64,000 nucleotides of DNA. Source: Pseudomonadota bacterium. Lineage in GTDB: Bacteria; Chloroflexota; Ktedonobacteria; Ktedonobacterales; JADMIN01. Positions 24,981 to 34,323 of the stretch are shown piece after piece. The DNA lies in NCBI GenBank assembly GCA_021324535.1, contig JAJPIU010000026.1, positions 14,093 to 78,092 on the forward strand. Direction: 5' to 3'. Below the pieces are notes generated by a model, which saw only the letters and a list, made by a program, of their open reading frames with translations, ran no database searches and was not told the origin of the DNA. Every line of letters begins with the position of its first letter. Position 1 is the stretch's first letter. The position numbers and the translations under genes are program-made.

Positions 24981-26858
24981 GTGGCGACCGCATATCCACA
25001 CCAACAACGACGGCCTCATCCGGCTACAGCGGCTACCGGTGGCGCGCCACGTCCGATGGCAGGGCAGATCGAGGTGGAGGTGGTGGCGCGCAGGCAAGCC
25101 TCGCCTGACAGTATGACGTTTTGGCTGGCCATTCCCGGAACGCAGCGCGCGCCGATGGCCTATCGCGCCGGGCAATTCATTACACTGGCGCTACCCAATC
25201 CAGAGCAGCCGACGAAGCCCCTCTATCGCTCATACTCGCTCTGTGGCGACGGGCGCGCCGAGACGCCGTGGGAGATTACCGTCAAGCGGCAGGAGGGCGG
25301 GCGCGCCTCAAACTACCTCTTTTACGACGTGTGGCCAGGAATGATCCTGCATGCCAGCACGCCGCTTGGCCTGTTCACTTTGCCTTCCACTCTTGTGCCT
25401 GGCAGCGCGCTGATCTTCGTCGCCACCGGCAGCGGCATCTCACCCATCATGGGAATGCTTCGGGCGCTGGCGCGGGTAGCGCCGTCGCTAGGGCTGCGTG
25501 TTCACCTGCATTATGCCTACCATAGCCCGGAAGACGCCATCTATGGCCGCGCGCTCGATACGCTCGATCCACAGCAACGCTGGCTACGTCAGTGGCGCTA
25601 TATCTCGACGGAGGGCCATCGGCTGACGGTGGAGCAGGTGATCGCATGCGCAGGGGCACTTGCTGCCCACGCACAATGGTATATCTGCGGATCAGCGCGG
25701 CTCAGGCGCAAACTGGCGGCGTTGCTTGCGCAGGCAGGTCTGCCTCAGGCGCAGTTCCACGCAGAGAGTTTCAGTGATATGCGGCGGCTCAGTTCCGCGT
25801 CTCTGCCTGTGCCACAGGGCTTGCGTGCGGGCGTACAGGTTGGTGGAAGAATCAGGCTGGCTGAATCCGGTGCGGTTGTCACCGCCAGCGGGCATGAGAC
25901 GATTCTGCAAGCGTTGGAGCGCGAAGGGTATACGCCTTCGTTCAATTGTCGTGTGGGCGTCTGTGGGACGTGTCGGCTGCGGCTGCTGAACGGCGAGGTC
26001 ACACGCGGAGAAGAGAGCGGCCTGACGCCGGAGCAGCGCGCCCGTGGCGACGTGCTGGCCTGTGTCGCGCATCCGCTTGGCGACATTACGCTGGCAGGGT
26101 TGGCGACGCCGGGGGATGCGCCAGCCAGGGAAACCGAGGCAATCGGCAAGGGCGCTGTTCCCTGGATTGCGATTCTGGGCGTCTGCGCGCTGCTGGCGGG
26201 CGGCTGGTACTTCGCCCACGTCAGTCCGGTGTACTTTGTAGCGCGGCTCATCGAGATAGCCGCGCTGGGAATAGCCGATTTCGTCGGGCTGGCGGTGAGT
26301 TACTTCATGCTGCGTGCGTTGCGGCTTCCTGTGCGGCTGGCCGTCTGGGGTGTGGGATTGCTCATCGCACTGGTGAGCATCGCGCTCTGCGTGCGCGTGG
26401 CGCTGCAATCGCAGCCAGCGCGAGCAGTCAGCTTGACGCTTAGTAACGCGCTTGGCATTTTGGGTATTCTGATCGCTGTCTATGCGATCACCCAATGGCC
26501 AACACGCCAGACTTACATGCTCGCGCAGCAGCGTATGGGCGCCACTGCGGCGCGGCTGGCGCGGGATATGTTGCTCTTCCTGCGCGAGCACCACAAGTTC
26601 TTCGGCTGGCTTGTGTTGGTCGCGGGCGCGGCGCATGCTGTCTCGCTGCTCCCTGTGCTGGGGCAATTCACTACGGCAAAGGTAGTGACCGGCGCGCTCT
26701 CGTTGACCTTGCTGGCGCTGGTAGCAGGGTTGGGCGAGTGGATCGCCTACGCCGTGCGCAAGCGTCGCCTCTCACCCAACGTGCGGCTGATTCACGCGCT
26801 GCTCTCACTTGGCTTTCTGTTGGCGCTGGGGCTACACGCCTTTGTCTTCCCTGCATAG
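24981..26858 (+). CDS. FNR-type flavin reductase plus plant-type [2Fe-2S] ferredoxin domain, fused to a C-terminal polytopic membrane domain
   Basis: GTG 24981 has SD AAGGAGGG. The FAD motif is RSYSL and the NAD motif is IFVATGSGISPIMGML. The ferredoxin cysteines are CRVGVCGTCRLRLL...CV. About 240 aa follow with 6 or more hydrophobic helices containing paired His (REHHKFFGWLVLVAGAAHA, IHALLSLGFLLALGLHA). Confidence 0.75.
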   Translation: MATAYPHQQRRPHPATAATGGAPRPMAGQIEVEVVARRQASPDSMTFWLAIPGTQRAPMAYRAGQFITLALPNPEQPTKPLYRSYSLCGDGRAETPWEITVKRQEGGRASNYLFYDVWPGMILHASTPLGLFTLPSTLVPGSALIFVATGSGISPIMGMLRALARVAPSLGLRVHLHYAYHSPEDAIYGRALDTLDPQQRWLRQWRYISTEGHRLTVEQVIACAGALAAHAQWYICGSARLRRKLAALLAQAGLPQAQFHAESFSDMRRLSSASLPVPQGLRAGVQVGGRIRLAESGAVVTASGHETILQALEREGYTPSFNCRVGVCGTCRLRLLNGEVTRGEESGLTPEQRARGDVLACVAHPLGDITLAGLATPGDAPARETEAIGKGAVPWIAILGVCALLAGGWYFAHVSPVYFVARLIEIAALGIADFVGLAVSYFMLRALRLPVRLAVWGVGLLIALVSIALCVRVALQSQPARAVSLTLSNALGILGILIAVYAITQWPTRQTYMLAQQRMGATAARLARDMLLFLREHHKFFGWLVLVAGAAHAVSLLPVLGQFTTAKVVTGALSLTLLALVAGLGEWIAYAVRKRRLSPNVRLIHALLSLGFLLALGLHAFVFPA

Positions 26859-26870
26859 CAAAAGGAGCTC

Positions 26871-28991
26871 TCAGTCTTCCAGCAGTTCGCGGGCGAGGTC
26901 GCCCACCAGATCGTAACGGCCATACGATGTGACTAGATAGCAGCCCTGGATCAGGCCACGCTTTCGGGCAGCGGAGATCACCTCGTAGGCCATCGCGACG
27001 CCTTCCTCGCGGCCACGTTCGCCTGCTGCGCGCATGCGCGCCCGCGCCGCCTCGGGGATGGTGATCCCCGGCACCTCGTTGTGCAGGTATTCGGCGTGCT
27101 TCGAGCTATGCAGTGGAATCATCCCCAGAATGATGGGAACCTCCGGCTGGCCAAACCTTGCCAGGAAGCGTTCGAGCGGCTCGAGGTCGTAGATGGGCTG
27201 CGTCATGATGAACTGCGCGCCTGCGTTGAGCTTCTGGCGCAAGCGTTGCAACTCAAGCTCGGTCTCAGTCAGCGCGCCGTGCGCCTCACCTGTGGCCTCG
27301 CCCGACTCGACGGCGCCGAGATCGGTCAGCGCGCTGAGGGCGTCGAGCTTGCCACGTTCGCGTTCGCGCTCCACATCAATCAGGCTATCCTCCATGTTCA
27401 GATTGAGCGCGGCCCCCAAGAAGAAATGCGCAGGCGCGCCCAGCGGCGACCCTGCCGCGTCGCGTCCCTCGTTCAGCCCACTGAGGATGCGCAACAGACC
27501 CACCGAGTCTACATCCCACACGCCCGTCAGGTTGGGATAGTTGCCAGCATGCAGCGGATCGCCGGTCAGTGCGAGAATGTTATGGATGCCCAGCGCATGC
27601 GCACCCAACAGGTCGGATTGCAGCGCCATCAGGTTGCGGTCGCGTGTGGTCATGTGGACGATAGGCTCCATGCCAAGCTCGTCGTGAAGCAGCCGCGCCA
27701 TCGCCAGACAGCTCATGCGCACACGCGCCATCGGGCTATCAGCGATGTTGATGAACTCCACCCCAAGAGAACGCAACTGCGCCGCGCCATCGAGAATCTT
27801 GTGTGGATTTAGCCCCTTCGGCGGATCAAGCTCCACGCTGACGACGAACCGCCCGGCGCCGAGCGCCGCCTGTAGCCGTGTGTGCGGAGTATCCTCCACC
27901 TGAGCGGCAGAACGTTCGCTTATAACAAGCGCCTCAGGCGCGGGCCGAGGTATCGGATGAGAAACCGCCGTTGCGCTGTGGGCGCCATAGGTCGGCGTGA
28001 CCGGTAGCGCATCGGCAAGCGCAGCGCGCATCGCGGCGATATGCGCGGGCGTGGTACCACAGCAGCCGCCCACCAGCCGCACACCCGTCGCGACAAACTG
28101 GCGCGCGTAGTCAGCGAAGTAGGCTGGCGGCGCCATATACAAAAAGCGGTTTTCCACACGCGCGGGCATTCCGGCGTTGGGCTGCGCGGAGAGGAAAAGG
28201 TCGCCATCCAGTGCGACGCCAGCCGCGCGCAACGCCTGCGCCATCTCGCTGATTGCGTCGAGCGTGCCTGCCGGGCCAATGCTGCAATTGACGCCAATGC
28301 CATCCACATGCAACGCAGCCAGCGCCAGCGCCACTTCGGCGGGCGATTCACCGGCAAGCGTCTGGCCGTCCTCACTAAAGGTGATCTGCGCGATAACTGG
28401 CAGCGGGCCTGCCTCGCGCGCGGCCAGCGCCGCCTGGCGAAGCTCCGTCAGGCTGGGGATCGTCTCGAGGATGATCAGGTCGGCCCCACCCTCGATCAAT
28501 CCCTCGATCTGTTCACGGAAAAGCGCCCGCAGCGCGGCAAGCCGGCGCTCGGTCTCCATTGCTTCGTCACGCGCGGTCTGCCCCTTCGCGTGCCGCGCGC
28601 TCGATGCGCTGGGCATTGTAGTCGTCGGCAGATTGAGCAGACCTGAGGGGCCAACCGCGCCCGCCACGAAGACGGCCTGCCCGGCGACATCGCGCGCCTC
28701 GTAGGCCAGCTTTGCCGCGCGCCGGTTGATCTCACGCACGCGGTCGCCCAGGCCATACGCGCTGAGCTTTGCCTGGTTGGCGCCAAAGGTATTCGTCTCG
28801 ATCATCTGCGCGCCCGCCAGGATATATTCGTTGTGTATCTCCTGCACGAGATGGGGGCTGGTCAGTGTCAGCTCATCGAAGCAACGCCCGTGCATCTGGC
28901 TGGCGGCAGCGCGGGCGTAGAGCATGGTGCCCATCGCTCCATCGCACAAAAGTGGGCCTTGCCGCAAGCGTTCGAGCACGGGTTCTCGCAT
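26871..28991 (-). CDS. bifunctional homocysteine S-methyltransferase / 5,10-methylenetetrahydrofolate reductase
   Basis: ATG 28991 has SD AAAGGAAGG. The N-terminal Hcy-binding domain is LLCDGAMGTMLY...NTFGAN...GGCCGTTP. The C-terminal half is MetF-like (VSVELDPPKG, ADSPMARVRMS, LTGDP). Confidence 0.85.
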   Translation of the reverse strand: MREPVLERLRQGPLLCDGAMGTMLYARAAASQMHGRCFDELTLTSPHLVQEIHNEYILAGAQMIETNTFGANQAKLSAYGLGDRVREINRRAAKLAYEARDVAGQAVFVAGAVGPSGLLNLPTTTMPSASSARHAKGQTARDEAMETERRLAALRALFREQIEGLIEGGADLIILETIPSLTELRQAALAAREAGPLPVIAQITFSEDGQTLAGESPAEVALALAALHVDGIGVNCSIGPAGTLDAISEMAQALRAAGVALDGDLFLSAQPNAGMPARVENRFLYMAPPAYFADYARQFVATGVRLVGGCCGTTPAHIAAMRAALADALPVTPTYGAHSATAVSHPIPRPAPEALVISERSAAQVEDTPHTRLQAALGAGRFVVSVELDPPKGLNPHKILDGAAQLRSLGVEFINIADSPMARVRMSCLAMARLLHDELGMEPIVHMTTRDRNLMALQSDLLGAHALGIHNILALTGDPLHAGNYPNLTGVWDVDSVGLLRILSGLNEGRDAAGSPLGAPAHFFLGAALNLNMEDSLIDVERERERGKLDALSALTDLGAVESGEATGEAHGALTETELELQRLRQKLNAGAQFIMTQPIYDLEPLERFLARFGQPEVPIILGMIPLHSSKHAEYLHNEVPGITIPEAARARMRAAGERGREEGVAMAYEVISAARKRGLIQGCYLVTSYGRYDLVGDLARELLED

Positions 28992-29070
28992 GATGTGTCC
29001 TTCCTTTTGGAGGCTGGGAGTAATCGAAACAAAACAAGGGGGAGACACGACGCTGGGTTTCCTTCTGCCC

Positions 29071-29079
29071 ATTATAGCA
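29071..29079 (-). promoter_or_regulatory. candidate extended -10 promoter element (TGCTATAAT) for the methionine-cycle gene
   Basis: The minus strand reads TGCTATAAT about 80 nt upstream of ATG 28991. No good -35 was found. Confidence 0.3.
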
Positions 29080-29194
29080 AATACGCCAGGGAGAAGCGTA
29101 ATAAGTGTTTCCCCAGGCGGTCACACTACCTGGCCTTCATGCGATAACTATGCAGGCGGTGAATGCGCAGGGGAGCAGATGGAGCGGAGGACAC

Positions 29195-29563
29195 ATGGAG
29201 GAGGCAAGATCACCGGAGCAGGGCGCGTTGCCACTCAATCAGTTCGAGGAACTGCTGATCGGCGTGCGTGCGCCGCTGTATAGCTTCGCGCGTTCGCTGC
29301 TTGGCGTTGATCAGGCAGCGTTTGATGTCGTACAAGAGGCGCTCGTTGACGCCTGGCGGGCCACCCAGCGGCGCCAGCCACCCTTCACTGCCGAGGACAA
29401 TCAGGCGGCGTGTCGCCGCCGGCTGTTCAACGTCGCCTACCACAAATCGATCTCGCTACGCCGACACAATCGGCTGATCGCCTGGCAGTCATTTGACGAG
29501 GCGCCGGAGGTGGAGCGCACGTTGCTGGCCCAACAGCAAATTGGCCAACGCTACGGCGCCTGA
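29195..29563 (+). pseudogene. truncated ECF sigma factor (region 2 only, region 4 missing)
   Basis: ATG 29195 has SD GGAGCGGAGG. Region 2 is present (DVVQEALVDAWRA..., RRLFNVAYHKSISLRR), but the ORF stops at 122 aa with no region 4 HTH. Downstream frames (29493-29925) carry only short fragments (GPDGRLWVLY). Confidence 0.5.
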
Positions 29564-30059
29564 TGGAAGCGTCTGGTGTCTGCTGGCAACCTTGAATACT
29601 ATTAGGAACCAAGGCGTGTGGTTGGCGCGTATTGACCCGAAGACATTTGCTATCTCTACGCATTCTTTAGAGAAGACTCTTCCGTCTTACTCCCACAGGC
29701 GTTGTGACATCGTATGGCTGGTTTCCGCCCCTGCCCAAAGGGAGCTTCGGCGGTTGGCCAGGCGCGCTTGCCGCAGGGCCAGATGGACGGTTGTGGGTGC
29801 TCTACACGGTTGAAGTACCCAATGCCTTTCATGGTGGAGGTAGAGCCAGCGGTGGCGCAGAGCCAACGATGATCATGCGTATCACACTGCCAGGCAATTT
29901 GCCCCCAGGTACACCTACGAGATAGGCATAGCGACGCCCGCGCCCTCCGCTACCAGCACTCCTGCGCCACACCTATATCTACAAACGGCTCAACTCCTAC
30001 AGGGGGACAGTAGGCTGTCTGATCGTTCGCCCGTCTGTTAGCTTGCCTGGCTTATTACG

Positions 30060-30662
30060 TCACTCTTCCAACAGCTTGTGAAGGTACTGTAACTGTGTCG
30101 TGGTATACTCCGCAAGGGTGAGGCGCGAAGCGAAATACCAGGTTTTTTTCAGCGCCCAGAGATGCCCCAAACCGACGATATTTGCCGCAAGCAGGGGGAT
30201 GTTGGGAGCGTCAACTGAGAAGACCCCTGCCTGTTGCCCTTCCTGGATAAGTGTAGCAACATGGTTGACTGTATCATCTTCCAACGCAAAGATGCGTTGC
30301 CGCTCTTCACGGCTGAGCGATGAAATATCTTTGTAGAGGATGACAAAGACCTTTGAGACGCGATCAAAAGCCGCAAACAGATCACGCACAGCGGTATCTA
30401 ACCGCTCGCGAGGATCGGTAATGTTCTGCGGCCCTTCGAGCGCAGCAAGTCCAGCGGCGTGAAACTCTTCGACGATTGCCACGAGAAGCTCGGCCTTGTT
30501 GTCAAAATGATAATAGACTAAACCGACACTGGCGCCTGCGGCTTTGGCTATCTCAGGCATACTTGTCTTATGGTAGCCCTGGCGGCAAAACAGGTTCCGC
30601 GCCGCGTCCAAGATCGCCGTCTGGCGGGCATCACGTACCATCTCACGGATTGCTGAAGTCAT
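30060..30662 (-). CDS. TetR/AcrR-family transcriptional regulator
   Basis: The N-terminal HTH is ILDAARNLFCRQGYHKTSMPEIAKAAGASVGLVYYHFDNKAEL. The protein is 200 aa. Confidence 0.9.
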   Translation of the reverse strand: MTSAIREMVRDARQTAILDAARNLFCRQGYHKTSMPEIAKAAGASVGLVYYHFDNKAELLVAIVEEFHAAGLAALEGPQNITDPRERLDTAVRDLFAAFDRVSKVFVILYKDISSLSREERQRIFALEDDTVNHVATLIQEGQQAGVFSVDAPNIPLLAANIVGLGHLWALKKTWYFASRLTLAEYTTTQLQYLHKLLEE

Positions 30663-30737
30663 GCGGATTCTCCCAAGTTGTGACTGTCTATTTGCTTAGA
30701 ATATACCGTTCTTACATTATGCTCAGCATGTTCGGTT

Positions 30738-30768
30738 CCCTGTGATAGAGCGTTTCTCTATCACAGGG
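30738..30768. promoter_or_regulatory. perfect 13-bp inverted repeat (CCCTGTGATAGAG-N5-CTCTATCACAGGG): candidate TetR operator and/or liv operon terminator
   Basis: Read directly. It lies 76 nt upstream of the TetR start (30662) and 37 nt downstream of the binding-protein stop (30805). No T-tract is present on either side. Confidence 0.4.
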
Positions 30769-30804
30769 ATGCGGACAGCGCCTAGCGTGAGGAACTACCG
30801 CTGC

Positions 30805-32070
30805 TCAGAACTGCGATTGTTCCGCGCACGATCCGGTAAAATCGCCGCTCAGGCTCTTGAGGTTTCCCGCCACAGAGGAATCGATGCTATAGACGGTGTT
30901 GTCGCGTGAAGGGACGCGCTGGTTGGGAGCTGAACCGTAATGGAGCGTGGGATAGAGACCACCGACATCCACATTGTTCAGCGAATTGAAAGCGTTGAGC
31001 AAACCGGCGCGTGTCACGTCATGGTTATCGAACGCCTTCTTGAGGATTGCGTAGGTCACTTTCGCCTCGGTATAGCCGAACTCGAAGTAGCCATCAGGTT
31101 GCTGGCCGGGATCGTATTTCTGGATATTCTGGAGCATTTCCGCCATGCCCGGCACGCTTGTATCACCCCAGGCTGCCCCCTGCCCGACAACCCATGCTTC
31201 ATGCTCCAGCAAGGTATTCAAGCCTTTCACTTGCAGTAACCCGCTAGCAAACGCCGGGCTTTGCAGCACCCAATGTGGGTCATATCCGATGGCATGCGCT
31301 GTGCCGATGATGCCAGCGGCGGCGGTTGGTATAGCTGTCAAGAACACATACTGCGCGCCGGATGCTTTCAGTTGGGCTGCCTGCGCTGTAAATGTCGTAT
31401 CCGTCGCCTCATACGTCGCTTCGCCGACGTTCTTCAGGCCATAGCAGGCCATAGCCTCCTTATAGCCGGTGAGGCCATCCTGACCATAGCCGTCGTCCTG
31501 GTAGATGATCCCGGTTTTGGGATGTTGAACGCCGAGCTTTTTGACGATATAATCGAATGCGTTTTCGACCTGGAGCCTGTAGGGTGTGCCAATCAAGACC
31601 ATATATGGCTCGCGGGCGAGATACGAATCCAGTGTCGCGGCGCTGACCAGGATATGGTCATTGGCGCTGAGGGGGACGATAGCCTGTGTCGTGGGTGTTC
31701 CCAGGCTTTCCGCGAACATCGCGACCTGGTTCTTGATCTGCTGGTAGTCGCTGACTTCAACCTGAGGATCGTATTGTGTATCTCGCTCGATCAACTTCAC
31801 CTTATAGCCATCGATGCCTCCACTGGCGTTGACGGCGTCAAAATAGGTCTCGATGCCTTTGGTGAGCGGAATGCCAATTGGCGCAGCAACTGGACCCGAC
31901 AGTGGTGTGAGGATGCCAAGACTGATAGTTTTGGCGCTGGTATCGACTCCAAAGTCGGTTTTGAGTGAGCCGCCGCCGTTATTGGTACCGCACCCGACCA
32001 GGAATACGGCGAGGATCGCGAAGCAGGTGAGCGCGCCGATAGTCATACGGAGCGCTGGACGAATCGTCAT
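30805..32070 (-). CDS. ABC transporter substrate-binding lipoprotein, branched-chain amino acid (LivJ/LivK-type, type 1 periplasmic binding fold)
   Basis: ATG 32070 has SD AGGAGGAAACCC. The lipobox is FLVGCGT. The sequence is Leu/Ile/Val-binding-protein-like and it is the last gene of the liv-type operon. Confidence 0.8.
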   Translation of the reverse strand: MTIRPALRMTIGALTCFAILAVFLVGCGTNNGGGSLKTDFGVDTSAKTISLGILTPLSGPVAAPIGIPLTKGIETYFDAVNASGGIDGYKVKLIERDTQYDPQVEVSDYQQIKNQVAMFAESLGTPTTQAIVPLSANDHILVSAATLDSYLAREPYMVLIGTPYRLQVENAFDYIVKKLGVQHPKTGIIYQDDGYGQDGLTGYKEAMACYGLKNVGEATYEATDTTFTAQAAQLKASGAQYVFLTAIPTAAAGIIGTAHAIGYDPHWVLQSPAFASGLLQVKGLNTLLEHEAWVVGQGAAWGDTSVPGMAEMLQNIQKYDPGQQPDGYFEFGYTEAKVTYAILKKAFDNHDVTRAGLLNAFNSLNNVDVGGLYPTLHYGSAPNQRVPSRDNTVYSIDSSVAGNLKSLSGDFTGSCAEQSQF

Positions 32071-32157
32071 GGGTTTCCTCCTAAGCTCATAGCTAAGGCA
32101 CGGGATCAACACCAATCAATTCAGGTAGCCTTGTGAGAAGGCTAAAGATTGCTGCTT

Positions 32158-33339
32158 TCAGGACTCCAGTTCAACTGGTTCACTCGCGTTGGCCTTTACA
32201 CCTCCTTTCACCTTCGCGCGTTCGTCGAAGCGCTGAATCAAAGACGTCACGCGCCGGATGAAGCCAATGACGCCTGTCGGCTCGAAGAGCATGAAGAGAA
32301 TGATCAGCAAGCCATAGAGGATGGCGCTGAGATCGCCACTGGTAAGGCCAGTGTTACTCGTACTTTGAGGGATCAGCGAAAATGTATCGAGCGCCAACGG
32401 CAGCCCAAAGACAAACGCTGCGCCCAGGATCGATCCCCACACGCTGGCGACACCGCCAACCAGCATAGCCGCAACGAACTGAATGGCGAGGATGAGGTTC
32501 CAGGTATTTGGCTCGGCGTAGCCGCCAGGGTAAGAGGCCCAGAGCGCGCCGGCGATACCTGCCAGAAATGAGGAGAAGATGAAGGCGCTCATCTTCGCTT
32601 GAAAGAGGTTGACGCCGATGATCGCCGCGCCGGTCTCGTTATCGCGCACAGCCTGAAAAGCGCGCCCGGCTCGTGAACGCATGACATTGTGGACAAAGAG
32701 CGCCATCAGCGCAAGCAACGGCGTCAGCAGCAGGAAATACCACTGATTGGTTGTCAGCAAGACGCCAAAGACTGGTGTTGGGCTGGAGAATGAGAGATCG
32801 CCAAAACTCGGCGTGGGGAAAATGCGTCCCTGTGGGCCGCCGGTGATGGCGCGCGCATTCTTGAAGAGGTAGAGGCCGATAAAGACCAGCGCCAGCGTGA
32901 CGATGGCGAGATAGAACCCTTTCAGACGCAGGGCGGTCGGCCCAACGAGCGCGCCGGTCAGCGCGGCAACGACGCCTGCCGCAGGCAGCCAGATGAATAT
33001 TGAGAGATTCAATCCGACTGGGTCACCTGGGAAGAAGGGATGCGGGCCACCCAGCCAGGCTGCGGTGTAGGCGCCAATCCCCATGAAGAAGGTAATGCCC
33101 AGCGAGATGAGTCCCGTATAGCCGGAGAGGATATTCAGGCTCAGCGTGGCCATCGCAGCGATCATCACGACGTTGAGGATCAGCAGCTAGTTGTCACCCC
33201 CAAAGAGAAACACCAGGCACAGCGCAATAAGTCCTCCAAGCAACAAGACTCGGCCCCTGGCTGTTTGAAGGAGTCCCAGCGGCGTAGAGGGGAAGCCGCT
33301 TACCGCGCTTCTTGTCGTCTTGCTGGTCGCATTGCTCAT
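32158..33339 (-). pseudogene. livM: branched-chain amino acid ABC permease LivM with an in-frame TAG at codon 51
   Basis: ATG 33339 overlaps the livH stop (ATGA). My translation is MSNATSKTTRSAVSGFPSTPLGLLQTARGRVLLLGGLIALCLVFLFGGDN*LLILNVVMIAAMATLSLNILSGYTGLISLG.... The TAG is at 33187-33189. The ORF track restarts only at GTG 33168. Confidence 0.7.
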
Positions 33340-34235
33340 ACACGCTCTACCTTTCGTGTACCAAACAGCCCGTATGGGCGAACCAATAAGATGATGATCA
33401 TGAGCAGGTAGGGTGTAATCGTGTCGAATCCTATCCCCACGAAGTTAGCGATATGGCTCTCATAGCCTTGCGTCAACAATTGCACCAAACCAATGACAAC
33501 GCCGCCGACGACCGCGCCGGGGATAGAATCGAGGCCACCAAGAATAATGGCAGGGAAGGCGAACAGGGCAATGCTGCCAAGTGTAGAGTCGAATGTTGTT
33601 ACATTGATAGCCAGGAAGATACCGGCGATGGTGGCGACCGCCGCCGCAATGCCCCACGCCAGCGCATACACCAGGCGTATATTGACCCCCATCGCCAGGG
33701 CAGCCTCCTGGTCAATCGCTGCGGCGCGCATCGCCAGACCATAGCGGGTGTAGCGAAAGAAGATATAGAGCGCCACGCAACAGATCAGCGTGACGAGGAT
33801 AGTCCAAAGCGCATTTTCCCCAAAATGCACACCACCATAGTTGACGCCACTTGCGATTCCATAGGGCGTAGCAGGGGGACGTTCGTTGGCCTTCCCCGTC
33901 ATGACGACACCTGTGCGCAATAAGATGTCCAAGCCAATCGTGATCATGATGATTGCAAACGCGGGACGACCGATCATGTAGCGGAGCGCAAAACGTTCGA
34001 AGAGGACACCAATCAGAACGGTGATGAGCAGCGCAATGAATACAGCGAGAAAGAAATTGAGACCCCATTCGAAGGTGGCGACGGAGGCGATAAACGCGCC
34101 CACCAACAAGAATTCGCCCTGGGCAAAGTTGATAACGCCACTGGATTTGAAAATGATCGTGAATCCCAGCGCCACCAACGCATAGATACACCCCTGCGCG
34201 AGTCCGGCGAATGCCAGTTGGATGAAATAGGCCAT
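33336..34235 (-). CDS. livH: branched-chain amino acid ABC permease LivH
   Basis: ATG 34235 has SD GGAGCAGAAGG (MAYFIQLAFAGLAQGCIYALVALGFTIIFKSSGVINFAQGEF...). The longer ORF to 34556 overlaps livG and is not credible. Confidence 0.85.
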   Translation of the reverse strand: MAYFIQLAFAGLAQGCIYALVALGFTIIFKSSGVINFAQGEFLLVGAFIASVATFEWGLNFFLAVFIALLITVLIGVLFERFALRYMIGRPAFAIIMITIGLDILLRTGVVMTGKANERPPATPYGIASGVNYGGVHFGENALWTILVTLICCVALYIFFRYTRYGLAMRAAAIDQEAALAMGVNIRLVYALAWGIAAAVATIAGIFLAINVTTFDSTLGSIALFAFPAIILGGLDSIPGAVVGGVVIGLVQLLTQGYESHIANFVGIGFDTITPYLLMIIILLVRPYGLFGTRKVERV

Positions 34236-34323
34236 AGCCTTCTGCTCCAATCCATGTACGCGAACGTACTTGGGTGTCGTTGACAGGTTGACAAATCGTA
34301 CGGAGACGTTAGGAACGCCATGC

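Noticed and set aside
28992-29070. A riboswitch in the ~80-nt leader of the homocysteine methyltransferase/MTHFR gene (expected: SAM or related).
   Set aside because: I could not recognise SAM-I/II, SAM-SAH or THF riboswitch core motifs by eye. There is only a weak potential pairing between GTGTCTCC and the SD region. A covariance-model scan (Rfam/Infernal) is needed.
33187-33189. The livM TAG as programmed recoding (pyrrolysine or suppression).
   Set aside because: No pyl genes or suppressor tRNA are visible in the window, and the context suggests a simple Tyr-codon mutation. This cannot be excluded without the whole genome.
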